Below, piece by piece: positions 38,530 to 47,615 of a stretch of DNA of 64,000 nt. This DNA comes from Methanothrix sp. GTDB lineage: Archaea; Halobacteriota; Methanosarcinia; Methanotrichales; Methanotrichaceae. The number at the start of each line of letters is the position of its first letter. Position 1 is the stretch's first letter. The translations under genes were made by a program, and so were the position numbers. The notes under the pieces are model-generated. The model saw only the letters and a list, made by a program, of their open reading frames with translations. It was not told where the DNA came from and made no database searches. Location: NCBI GenBank assembly GCA_037128175.1, contig JBAXWY010000007.1, forward strand, positions 1 to 64,000. Reading direction: 5' to 3'.

Positions 38530-39062
38530 TTACCAATCACCATGAAGATGGGGTTCACCGGTCTTAGAGCAATGTCTCCCCCTAAATCGTAGCCCCTTGC
38601 GATATGAATCTGGATAAGCTCCTGGAATATACCAGCTTCTTTCATCAGCTGCGCCAGCCGGGCGGCTATGCCCAGGCGGGCCAGGTCGGCCACAATTATG
38701 CAGCCGGGGGCTGCCTTCTTCAGGAGCAGAGGCAAGAAATCATCGATGCCGCGTGTGCCGCCGATAAAACATCGGTCCACATCGGGGAGGCCGGGCAGAA
38801 GGGCGGCCGCCTCGCCCAGGGAAAAATTTCCCCCCGGGACCTTTGACCGGCACATCTGCACCGCCTCATCTCGGCGATCGAGGCCGAAAATTTTATCGGT
38901 GTAGCGAGAGGCGGCCAGGGAGACGGCCCCCGAGCCGCAGCCGATGTCCAGGAAGACCTGGGCCCGCTGTATGTCCAGCTTTCCCATGGCGATGGAGATG
39001 TTCTCCACTTGCGTCGCCGTGCCCGGAAGCTTCATGGTTCTAGTGGAAACGCGGGCTGGCAT
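38523..39062 (-). CDS. cbiT: Cobalt-precorrin-6B C15-methyltransferase (decarboxylating)
   Basis: DIGCGSGAVS, FIGGT, NPIF. Confidence 0.85.
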   Translation of the reverse strand: MPARVSTRTMKLPGTATQVENISIAMGKLDIQRAQVFLDIGCGSGAVSLAASRYTDKIFGLDRRDEAVQMCRSKVPGGNFSLGEAAALLPGLPDVDRCFIGGTRGIDDFLPLLLKKAAPGCIIVADLARLGIAARLAQLMKEAGIFQELIQIHIARGYDLGGDIALRPVNPIFMVIGKC

Positions 39063-39275
39063 AAAAGGTTAATGCAAGTAAACTTTGCTGGAGTTAAATT
39101 AAGTGAATCCTCATTTGGGCACAACTATTACGATTTTTTTCATACTTTCTTTTTCCTGTTCGACTTTTTTTCTCTTTTTTATCGTAATACCCCACGTCTA
39201 CGCGGTGAGATAAGAGCATATTAATCCGTTTTTGGGAATGATCCTCTACATGTTTCCGTTTTATGCAGCTTCAAA

Positions 39276-40418
39276 ATGCGTTATCGAATTATAGAAATAA
39301 ATATATATGCGTGGCTTCAACCATTGCAAGAACATTTTAGGATGATATTTATGACGCAATCGAATAAATTCGTAAAGGAAGGGAATAGTCATTATGATAA
39401 TCGAAATTATACTGAAGCCCTAAAATCCGCTAAAGCAGCCATCAAGGCAAATGAACAAGACAAGAACGCTTGGCTATTGAAAGGTAAATCCTTGCGGGAA
39501 ATGGGCCGCTACCATGACGCAATTGAGTGCTTCAACGAATCAATAAAAATAGATCGGAGATTTGATGATGCCCATTTAGCGAATTGTGCTGCATATTTAG
39601 CTTTGCGCGATTATAAAAAAGCAGATAATTGTGCAGATGAAGCTCTCAAAATACATCGTGACTCACCATATGCTCTAAACTGGAAGGGCTTTGTTACCTA
39701 TAGAGAAAAACGATATTCCACTGCAATATCATATTACGAAAAGGCTACTCGGCTTCTCAAAGGCAAAAAAATAGCAAATATTTGGTGTAATAAGGGACTT
39801 GTATATTTGGCCCTAAAGCGAAATAATGAAGCTGTTGATTGTTTTGCCACTGCGTTCCTTTTAGACAAAAACGATGCGGGATCTAAAATGGGTATGGTAA
39901 ACTTCTTTTTAGAAAATGGAGATAATGACCGGGCTGATAAAAATCTTGCTGAAGCTCTTAATATCGATCATGATTATGTATATGGATTCTGGATTAGCGG
40001 TGGTGTTTCTCTTGTTCAGAAAGAAAAATATGTTGAGGCAGTGAACTATTTTGATAAAGCAATTGCATCAGATTCTTTCTTTAAGCCATTAGCTTTAATA
40101 AATAAAGGCTGTATATATTTAAATGAGGCTAAATATAACGAATCAATCGATTGTTTTGATTCCGCTCTAAATGAGAAATCCAATTATTCTGCACTCGCAT
40201 TAATCTGTAAATGCAGTGCATTATATAAATTAAATAGGCTTCAAGAAGGAAAGGACTGTTATCATAGTGCTCTGCAATTGAATAACGATTTAGATTTTGC
40301 TGATTCGAGCGATCTCATTTACAAATCAGAGGTAGGTGTCTTGGTTTTTTTTGATGCTTATGATTTACGTGCCATAGAAAAATTGACAAAAGAATTGCAG
40401 GAAATTTTCAAGGAGTGA
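39276..40418 (+). CDS. Tetratricopeptide repeat protein (AT-rich gene)
   Basis: Repeated W..KG..L...G.Y..A..CF units; start uncertain. Confidence 0.85.
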   Translation: MRYRIIEINIYAWLQPLQEHFRMIFMTQSNKFVKEGNSHYDNRNYTEALKSAKAAIKANEQDKNAWLLKGKSLREMGRYHDAIECFNESIKIDRRFDDAHLANCAAYLALRDYKKADNCADEALKIHRDSPYALNWKGFVTYREKRYSTAISYYEKATRLLKGKKIANIWCNKGLVYLALKRNNEAVDCFATAFLLDKNDAGSKMGMVNFFLENGDNDRADKNLAEALNIDHDYVYGFWISGGVSLVQKEKYVEAVNYFDKAIASDSFFKPLALINKGCIYLNEAKYNESIDCFDSALNEKSNYSALALICKCSALYKLNRLQEGKDCYHSALQLNNDLDFADSSDLIYKSEVGVLVFFDAYDLRAIEKLTKELQEIFKE

Positions 40419-40480
40419 GATTTCAATCGATGAAAGCCATGAACTCGTATTGGTCGTCGGTTAAGGGCTATTTATTATTT

Positions 40481-40526
40481 TGAATACCCTCGCAGCTCCC
40501 CTGCGCGGGTGCGCCGCCGCCGTTTC
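40481..40526 (+). repeat. Miniature repeat family B, copy 1
   Basis: TGAATACCC..GCAGCT..CTGCGCGGGTGCGCCGCCGCCGTTTC, also at 63343-63386. Confidence 0.85.
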
Positions 40527-40534
40527 TCTCTCTT

Positions 40535-41074
40535 CTATTCCTCTGTAGCCGGATCTTCCTCCTGGCCGTCGCCTTCCCCGGCGAGATCGAAGTATCCGGA
40601 GATGCGCACGATGTCCAGCCGGGAGATCCGATAAGCTCCCCCCTTTCTATCCAGAGGCGGGTTGATCTCAATATCCCGCAGGGAGAGGCCCGTCTCTCCG
40701 GCGTTGTATCTCTGGAAGATCTGCCCCCAGGGGACCAGGTATGCGCTTCGCGCTTTTCCCGCGCCGTAGCGTAGCTCCACCGCCAGGATGCCCTGCCTTC
40801 CCGAGCGGGTGATGAAATCAGTCTCGCGTGTCATCTGATGGGCTCCGGCGGCCAGGCTGAAGTGCTGCTTGAAGTAGAGCGACTTTGTCTTTCGTGCATC
40901 CAGGCTTTTGCATTCGATGGCCAGATAATACTCGGGAATCTTGGAGTCCACCAGTATGTCCATAAACTGGCCGGTGAAGCGCGATTGCTTGAGCCGGTAG
41001 GCTATGGCGGCGATGCCGTCTTTTTCAAAGAATGAGTTGAGAGCGCTCACCAGCGCCCACTCGAAGTCTCCCAT
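40535..41074 (-). CDS. PD-(D/E)XK nuclease-fold protein (Holliday-junction-resolvase-like)
   Basis: FE..LV, DILVD, AIECKS, Q..R...F. Confidence 0.7.
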   Translation of the reverse strand: MGDFEWALVSALNSFFEKDGIAAIAYRLKQSRFTGQFMDILVDSKIPEYYLAIECKSLDARKTKSLYFKQHFSLAAGAHQMTRETDFITRSGRQGILAVELRYGAGKARSAYLVPWGQIFQRYNAGETGLSLRDIEINPPLDRKGGAYRISRLDIVRISGYFDLAGEGDGQEEDPATEE

Positions 41075-41177
41075 TGTGTGTTGTTTTATACTGATCTCTA
41101 AAAATATCTTTTCCTCTGATTACTTTCGCTCCGCACCCATTCCTCTCCTTTAATTACCTGGCAAAGAATCCATTCCG

Positions 41178-41405
41178 GTGCGCTCTGCTGGGGGCAGTAT
41201 GGTAGTAGGAAGGACTATGTGGGACTTTGTTATTGAGGCATTTCAAACGCCGGGCATCGGCGTTATCCTCGTAGCTCTGCTTATCCTATTTGAACTTATA
41301 TTGATACTGATATTATTATTGGTGCATAACGGCCTCATCGACATAAAATTCAGCTACGGCAGCCTGGGTCTGGAGCTGCACCAATTAGCGGCCCTGGTGG
41401 CATGA
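41178..41405 (+). CDS. Small membrane protein
   Basis: Long hydrophobic stretch; start uncertain. Confidence 0.5.
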   Translation: MRSAGGSMVVGRTMWDFVIEAFQTPGIGVILVALLILFELILILILLLVHNGLIDIKFSYGSLGLELHQLAALVA

Positions 41406-41435
41406 GACTAAATGGTTCTTCGCCATTTTCTTCTT

Positions 41436-41568
41436 TGGTGGAAACGTCGTTAGCCGCTGGTTATAACCAATGGCGGACGATACTACCACCACCGTTAGAC
41501 ACAGAGCGCGAGGGAGGACTCACAGAGGACTCGATTATTCTATTACCAGCTAGAAACCGCGAGGAACC
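41436..41568 (+). repeat. Miniature repeat family A, copy 2
   Basis: Collinear with 14691-14822, includes TGGTTATAACCA. Confidence 0.85.
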
Positions 41569-41607
41569 GAAAAAACTTAAAGTACCTTGCAGAAAGAAGC
41601 AGATCTC

Positions 41608-41763
41608 ATGGATATTGAGGAGATCGCCAGGAAGTACTGCATGCGGGATCTGAAGCCCATCGCCAAGAAATACGGCATTGGAACACGTCGCGTAAAGATA
41701 ATAGACATCATCAAGGCATTTCCGCCCGAGGCGCTGGCGGAGCTGACGGGCGAGAAGCAATAA
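41608..41763 (+). CDS. 51-aa protein upstream of thyA (not in ORF track)
   Basis: MDIEEIARKYCMRDLKPIAKKYGIGTRRVKIIDIIKAFPPEALAELTGEKQ; helix-extension-helix-like. Confidence 0.65.
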   Translation: MDIEEIARKYCMRDLKPIAKKYGIGTRRVKIIDIIKAFPPEALAELTGEKQ

Positions 41764-41776
41764 GTGGGAGTTTTTC

Positions 41777-42442
41777 ATGGCAAGACTGGGCAGATTCATT
41801 CGGGCGAGAACCATCTCCGATGCCTGGCAGCGTGGGCTTAACCTCATCTGGCGGCAGGGAGCAGAGATCACTGATGAGAGGGGCACCAGGATTAGGGAGC
41901 TCTTATCTTTGCAGGTGGTAGTGGAGGATCCCTATCAAGAGATGATTCCTTCTGAGTACTCCTGGAATGAGGAGCGTCTGGAAGAGTACGCCCAGCAGCT
42001 TTTGTCCGGCAATAATCCCGGTTTTGAGTACACCTACGGCGAGCGCCTGCGTGCCTGGTCTCTGCCGGGCGTGCCCGCATTGGACCAGATCGAGCAGGTC
42101 ATCTTGCGGCTCAAGGCCTCGGCCAATACCCGTCGCGCCACGGCCGTAACCTGGATAGTGCCCGTAGATGCCTGCAAAGATGAGGTTCCCTGCATGATTG
42201 TGGACGACTTCAAGCTGCGCGATGGGCGCCTGCATCTATCCATCTTCTTTCGCAGCCATGATTTTGCTGGAGCCTATCCCGCCAATCTCTACGGTCTGGC
42301 CAGGCTGCTGCAATACGTCAGCCTTGAGGTAGGCGCAAAGCCTGGATCGATCTCCACCACCAGTGCCTCAGCGCACATCTACGAGCACGACTGGGACTTT
42401 GTGGAGAAGATGCTGCTGGGGACGGGATCGGAGGAGATTTGA
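41777..42442 (+). CDS. thyA: Thymidylate synthase (archaeal type)
   Basis: YTYGERL, RRA, VPC, FRSHD..GAYPAN, SAHIYE. Confidence 0.92.
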   Translation: MARLGRFIRARTISDAWQRGLNLIWRQGAEITDERGTRIRELLSLQVVVEDPYQEMIPSEYSWNEERLEEYAQQLLSGNNPGFEYTYGERLRAWSLPGVPALDQIEQVILRLKASANTRRATAVTWIVPVDACKDEVPCMIVDDFKLRDGRLHLSIFFRSHDFAGAYPANLYGLARLLQYVSLEVGAKPGSISTTSASAHIYEHDWDFVEKMLLGTGSEEI

Positions 42443-42444
42443 GA

Positions 42445-42530
42445 GGTTCCTCGTTGTTTCGGGTGGGTAACCAGCGGCTAACGACGTTTCCACCACAGAG
42501 ACACAGAGCGCACAGAGGACGCACAGAGAA
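42445..42530 (-). repeat. Miniature repeat family A, short copy 3
   Basis: Reverse complement matches both flanks of copy 1 but lacks the central segment. Confidence 0.8.
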
Positions 42531-42609
42531 CGCTAAAAAATCGGAGTGTCCATAATAACCCAATGGCACCGCAAAGAATATCTGCTATTATCGATTTCTC
42601 CCTTCGTTT

Positions 42610-43632
42610 ATGGTCGATAGCCTCTTAATGATCAAGGCCGAGGAGATCCTGGAAAAGATCGAGCAGGGCAAACCGGTAGAGTACGAGAACGTCATCATCT
42701 ACGGGGACCTGGATCTGCACCGCCTGGACCTGCCCTTTAATAAAAATAAGCTTAAGATCATAAAATCAATAATAAAAATCGAATACTCGGTCATCAAGGG
42801 CGATGTCTTCTTCGATCACGCTGCCTTCTTTGGGCTGGTGGACTTTGACGGCACCTCTTTCACCAAGGCGGCCAACTTCTCAGGCTCTCATTTTCAGGGT
42901 GATGCCGGATTTTCCGATGCACAGTTTCAGGTGGAGGCCAACTTCACCCGGGCCCACTTTGCCATCGATGCCAATTTTTCCCGCGCCAAGTTCAATGATG
43001 CCGACTTTGGCCGGGCGAGGTTCGAGAAATATTTTCACCTGGCCAATGCCAAGGTGTACACATTGAATCTGTCCGATGCCGTCTTCTCGGAAGGATCAAG
43101 CATCCACCTCAAGGACTTCAATTTTAACCGCATTGCGGTGCGCTGGAATTCCATTAAGGAGCACATTCCCTATAACGGCTCGGTGTACCTGACGCTCACC
43201 AAAAACTTCAGGAACCTGGAGCAGTTCGAGGATCAGGACGACTGCTATTACCAGTACCGAAAAGCTAAGCAGGAGCGCTCGCACAAGACTTTTCCCAAGC
43301 TCTTCGATCGTATGGCCTGGATCTCCTGCGGCTACGGGGTGCGCCCCTCTCATACTATCCTGCTGAGCGTGGCCATTATTCTCCTCTTCGCGGGCGTCTT
43401 CTGGGCAGGAAACGCTCTGCAGCCGGACGGCGTGGATACGCACTCGCAAGTAAAGGCGAGCGTATCGCCCAACGATGCTTTTTACTTCAGCAGCATGGAG
43501 TTCTTAGGCAAGACCCCCCAGAATTTCAGCATCATCGAGGGCTATGAGGTCCTGACGGTGATAGAGACGCTGCTGGGGTGGCTGCTCATGGCTCTCTTCC
43601 TGGTGACACTCAGCCGGGTTATGCTGAGGTAA
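42610..43632 (+). CDS. Pentapeptide-repeat protein with C-terminal ion-channel-like domain
   Basis: ANF..A.F repeats; CGYGVRP; GWLLMALFLVTL; paralog of 27592 gene. Confidence 0.85.
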   Translation: MVDSLLMIKAEEILEKIEQGKPVEYENVIIYGDLDLHRLDLPFNKNKLKIIKSIIKIEYSVIKGDVFFDHAAFFGLVDFDGTSFTKAANFSGSHFQGDAGFSDAQFQVEANFTRAHFAIDANFSRAKFNDADFGRARFEKYFHLANAKVYTLNLSDAVFSEGSSIHLKDFNFNRIAVRWNSIKEHIPYNGSVYLTLTKNFRNLEQFEDQDDCYYQYRKAKQERSHKTFPKLFDRMAWISCGYGVRPSHTILLSVAIILLFAGVFWAGNALQPDGVDTHSQVKASVSPNDAFYFSSMEFLGKTPQNFSIIEGYEVLTVIETLLGWLLMALFLVTLSRVMLR

Positions 43633-43638
43633 GATTAC

Positions 43639-43845
43639 TTAGCTATGTGCAGCCTGCATTATGCCGATCTCGGACATTTCCGTTGCTGCCAAAGTCTCCT
43701 GTTCTTCGATCTTCTTGAGGATGATGGTCCCATCCCCGAGCTGGTCCACGGCGATTTTGTCACCCGGCAGCAGATGCAGTCCGTATCTGATGGCAAGAGG
43801 GAGCTGAATTCTGCCGTTGGTATCAATATTGGTAATCAAACCCAA
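43639..43845 (-). CDS. AbrB/MazE/SpoVT family DNA-binding protein
   Basis: IDTNGRIQLP..IR..L.L.PGD. Confidence 0.8.
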   Translation of the reverse strand: MGLITNIDTNGRIQLPLAIRYGLHLLPGDKIAVDQLGDGTIILKKIEEQETLAATEMSEIGIMQAAHS

Positions 43846-43997
43846 TTCACCCGAGCCGTTGGTCTAGCTCCTGGTTTATAAAAGACTTATTTTGAGATGA
43901 GGTTCATATGAGGGCTGGGGAGAAGAACTGAACGAGATCGTCGGTTAAAGTGGAATGCCCCCTGGCGCGAGGGGCCCGTGGGCAGAATTGGGGACTC

Positions 43998-44714
43998 TTA
44001 GCAGTCTATGCCGTCGCAGCCCGATTGTTTCTTCTCTTCCACGGGACTTTCCCGGAACTTAATCATCTTCTCTACTTCGAACTTGCCCGTGAAGGACTCG
44101 TGCACCTTGAGATCCTTGCTGAACATTTTATGCATCCGGGCGTCCGTCTGCCAGGTTCCGTTGAATGAATTCTTGGTCTGGATGCCCACGGTGTGCACAG
44201 GGCTTGCTCTGAGCAGTTCTTCGATCTTCTTAGGATCAGTTATGTAAGAGGCGGGATTGGTTGAGGCGAAGTAGCTGCTTCCCTCTCTCTCCATCTCTGT
44301 GACTGAGAAGCTCTCTGTGATCTCTGCGCCGATGCCGCCCCAGAAAGCCTTGGAGTTGATATATTTCATTCCCACCATGGGGGTCTTGCCGGAGTAGGTG
44401 AGTTTGTTGCTTTCCCAGAGGTTGAGCGGCACAGCTATACCGTTCTCCATGCCCGGAAGCTTGGCTGCCCTCTGTGCTTCGACGGTTGCTGTGTCCATCT
44501 CCAGGTCACCGTCGCCGTACATGAAATTTTCGTACTCGAGAGCAAGCTGCCTGTCCTTAACCGAGACGCCCACCTCAAAGGTGCCCGTCCCAGTTACCTT
44601 CAGCATGTTGCAAAAATCTCCGTCCTGGATGGCTTCGGTGATGGCCGGGGTGGCAAAGACCGGCTCCAGGGATAAGAGTAACATTAGCAACAAAGCTACT
44701 GCAATACCCTTCGT
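43998..44714 (-). CDS. Secreted hypothetical protein
   Basis: Signal peptide; beta-rich; track start 44693, probable start at ACG 44714 or frameshifted ATG 44727. Confidence 0.75.
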   Translation of the reverse strand, partial: TKGIAVALLLMLLLSLEPVFATPAITEAIQDGDFCNMLKVTGTGTFEVGVSVKDRQLALEYENFMYGDGDLEMDTATVEAQRAAKLPGMENGIAVPLNLWESNKLTYSGKTPMVGMKYINSKAFWGGIGAEITESFSVTEMEREGSSYFASTNPASYITDPKKIEELLRASPVHTVGIQTKNSFNGTWQTDARMHKMFSKDLKVHESFTGKFEVEKMIKFRESPVEEKKQSGCDGIDC

Positions 44715-44820
44715 TGTTCTACCCCATTACTAAGGTCTTATTAGGATCTTCTAGCTAAAAAAGTTATTGTAGCTTTCACGGCAAAAGTTTCATCTCACCC
44801 CTTGAACATCCAACTCCAAG

Positions 44821-45630
44821 ATGGGCAAAGATTTGGCCGTGGTCATGGATGTGGCAGGAACCATACTCCGGATGTATCGCGTGGCCAAGGATATTGAAAA
44901 GGGCGTCATTCGGTTGAATGTGGTTACCTGGGAGCTGATTATGGAGAAGAAAGGTCGAGTCCTGGTTGTCCCTCAGATGGACCCCGACCTCATGTTATCC
45001 TGTCGGCCCGATGATGCTCTGGGAACGCTGATGAAAGGTCGCGAGCAATTACTGGAGATAAGTTGTGCCAGCAGTCCCATCTCCAAAGATGAAGCGGTAC
45101 GCATTCTAGGCGGTTCTCAAGCCAAGGTACGTGATCTTGTGGAGGTGTATCGGGAAGTATTGGCCAGGTGTCCTGGTAATTATCATACTGCCGGCATGAT
45201 TGTCGATGTTGATCTGCAGGAGGTTGTTTATGCACTTAGCACGGGGGGATCTCCCTTTCCCGGACTGCGGGATGTCCTGGCATGTCTGAAAAATCATGGG
45301 GCTGATGTCTATGTGGCCTCTGGGGACAGCATGAGAAGCCTTGCTTATCTCCAAGAATTAGGTATAGATTTGTCGCGAGTTTATCCTGTCTCTGGCCCAA
45401 TGCGGAAAAGAGAGATAATAGTCGATCTCAAGAACCAATATCGTCAAGTGGTAATGGTGGGCGACGGTCTAAACGACCTTTATGCCTTGAGGGCGGCGGA
45501 TCTGGGCATCTTGACCGTGCAGCAGGACACTCGTCCCACTTTGAAGCTTCGTGATGCTGCCGATAAGATAATAAGGGATATAAAAGAACTGCCTAAAATA
45601 CTTATGGATAACTGCCAGATTATTTTTTAG
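44821..45630 (+). CDS. HAD-superfamily hydrolase (soluble P-type-ATPase-like)
   Basis: DVAGT, ASGD, K, MVGDGLND. Confidence 0.85.
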   Translation: MGKDLAVVMDVAGTILRMYRVAKDIEKGVIRLNVVTWELIMEKKGRVLVVPQMDPDLMLSCRPDDALGTLMKGREQLLEISCASSPISKDEAVRILGGSQAKVRDLVEVYREVLARCPGNYHTAGMIVDVDLQEVVYALSTGGSPFPGLRDVLACLKNHGADVYVASGDSMRSLAYLQELGIDLSRVYPVSGPMRKREIIVDLKNQYRQVVMVGDGLNDLYALRAADLGILTVQQDTRPTLKLRDAADKIIRDIKELPKILMDNCQIIF

Positions 45631-45833
45631 ATCAGTGTGTGTTCGGAATTCTCCACCTTCTTTATCCTTCTAATTCGGGTGGCGGGTGAATTGATTTGAT
45701 GAATGGCAAATATTTGTGAATCGGATAATTCTAGGAAAAGTATATATACTTGGGTCGTGCATTCTTACTTGTTAACATTTTAAATTTGCTTCGAAATAAG
45801 ACCATACTAGAATATACTAGGAGTAGCGCACAA

Positions 45834-46391
45834 ATGTTCGAAGAGCTTTTAGAGATATACAAAACAAAGGCCGAAGAGATTGAGAAAAATAGAAAAGAAG
45901 CACAAGCTATGCTTTTGCTGGTTTCAGCCATCGAAAAGATATCCCTGGAGCTCGACTCCAAACAAAGCGATGTAGAGCTCTTAGGCAGGCTGATCGATCA
46001 GGTTGATCGCCTATCCAAAGAGGTATCTGATCTGAAGAGCCAGCTTCGCACCCGGCAGGGACGACCTGCGCCTATCCAGGAAACGAGCTCTGGAGAAGGA
46101 AAGGCCCTGGATAACCATGCGCGATCACTCATCGATATCATGGAAGAGAGGCCGAGTAGGTACACAACCAGCGAGCTGGTGGACATGCTGGGCTTAAATA
46201 AGACTACGGTAATAAGCGTGATGAAGCGCGCTCATGAACTCGACCCGAAACATGTCAAGATAACACAGGGAAAGAGGCGCAAGCTCTACCTGTCTTATGT
46301 GTCTGAAGGTGAGGTGCAGACGACAGCAGAAGCGTCGCCTGGATCTGGCGAATCAGACCGGGTGAAGCTAGAGCTGATGGCCATGACCTAA
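45834..46391 (+). CDS. Coiled-coil plus wHTH hypothetical protein
   Basis: GGAG SD; TTSELVDMLGLNKTTV HTH. Confidence 0.7.
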   Translation: MFEELLEIYKTKAEEIEKNRKEAQAMLLLVSAIEKISLELDSKQSDVELLGRLIDQVDRLSKEVSDLKSQLRTRQGRPAPIQETSSGEGKALDNHARSLIDIMEERPSRYTTSELVDMLGLNKTTVISVMKRAHELDPKHVKITQGKRRKLYLSYVSEGEVQTTAEASPGSGESDRVKLELMAMT

Positions 46392-46565
46392 AGTTAAGAT
46401 AAGCCGGAAGACAATCCATAAATTCCTAATCTGTTAAAGGTCGAGCTGCCTGTCGTTCTTCCGGCTGATTTGTTCATTAAACAATAAACAATCCTTAGGT
46501 GCTCGATCTGCGAAGGGTTTCGACGAGTTCGAGATCTTAGAAGGGCAGCAAAAAAATAGTATAAA

Positions 46566-47615
46566 TCATGTCTTCTTCTGTTTTCTTCTATACATGTATC
46601 CAACGACCGCAACTATTATGATGAGAATGACAATTGCCGGCATGAGTAGAGACGTGTAGGCGGCCTTGACCACAACTGGTATCTTCATGCTCTCCGAGAT
46701 CACGAAATCGCCATTAATATCCGTATATTTGATCTCGCTGTTTATGCCATAGTCCTTGGGCGTAGCGTCGGAATCGACGTCAAGCCGGAATACGACGGTC
46801 TTCTCTTCTCCCGGAGCCAGCGTTCCGATGAATGCCTGATCATCGGTGGATGAGAACGGCTTGAAGATGGATAGCCTGGCGATAGCGTCTTTGACGGTGT
46901 ACTCCCCAATATTTTTGTATGTTGCAACAATTTGTGCTTTCTTGATGCCTGCAGAGAGCGCGCCCGTTGCATTCACGATCAAAAAGTCCGCTTGCTTCTT
47001 GACGTTGATAATGATGGGTACGGTCTGATTGGCTTTCTGGTAGATATAGGATACCTGGTAATTTGCTAAAGTAGGCGAGGATCCGCTGGTAACAATCTTG
47101 GAAGCCTGCACCCGGACATTGTCCTGATAATCATAAGATAGGTTCAAACTGAGTGGATAAGTCCCCGCCGGGGCATGCTCACCTATCTTAACGGTGAATT
47201 TCAAAGGCGATTGGGTCTTATCACCTGATTTTAAAGATTGAACAACCTGGTCACCTGACTTTATCTCGATCTCTGGATTGTCGGAGAGGAGATATGCCGT
47301 GATTCCGAGTGCCGTCGGCTTCTTGTACTCTTCTTGCAGTTCAGCGCTGGCCAGAGCGAACTCCTTGGGATCCTGGGGCGTTAGATCTTCCTTGAATCCC
47401 AATATCCGTCCATAGTTGGTCAGATCCAGGTAAAGGGAAACGGTATCTCCACGTTCAAACTCATCTGTCCCGGAAACGCTGGCTGAGATATCCGGGCTGC
47501 CATACATGGTGTAATAGTTATCTCCGCCCAGCTCAAAAGGTATATAGGTGTTTTGAGCCGATACCGCGGCAATTAATAGGCAAAAGCCAACCAGGGCCAT
47601 TTTAATTCTCATCAA
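46566..47615 (-). CDS. COG1361 S-layer-domain protein
   Basis: Signal peptide, Ig-like KNIGE..IGTLAPGE, C-terminal TM with basic tail. Confidence 0.85.
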   Translation of the reverse strand: MMRIKMALVGFCLLIAAVSAQNTYIPFELGGDNYYTMYGSPDISASVSGTDEFERGDTVSLYLDLTNYGRILGFKEDLTPQDPKEFALASAELQEEYKKPTALGITAYLLSDNPEIEIKSGDQVVQSLKSGDKTQSPLKFTVKIGEHAPAGTYPLSLNLSYDYQDNVRVQASKIVTSGSSPTLANYQVSYIYQKANQTVPIIINVKKQADFLIVNATGALSAGIKKAQIVATYKNIGEYTVKDAIARLSIFKPFSSTDDQAFIGTLAPGEEKTVVFRLDVDSDATPKDYGINSEIKYTDINGDFVISESMKIPVVVKAAYTSLLMPAIVILIIIVAVVGYMYRRKQKKT

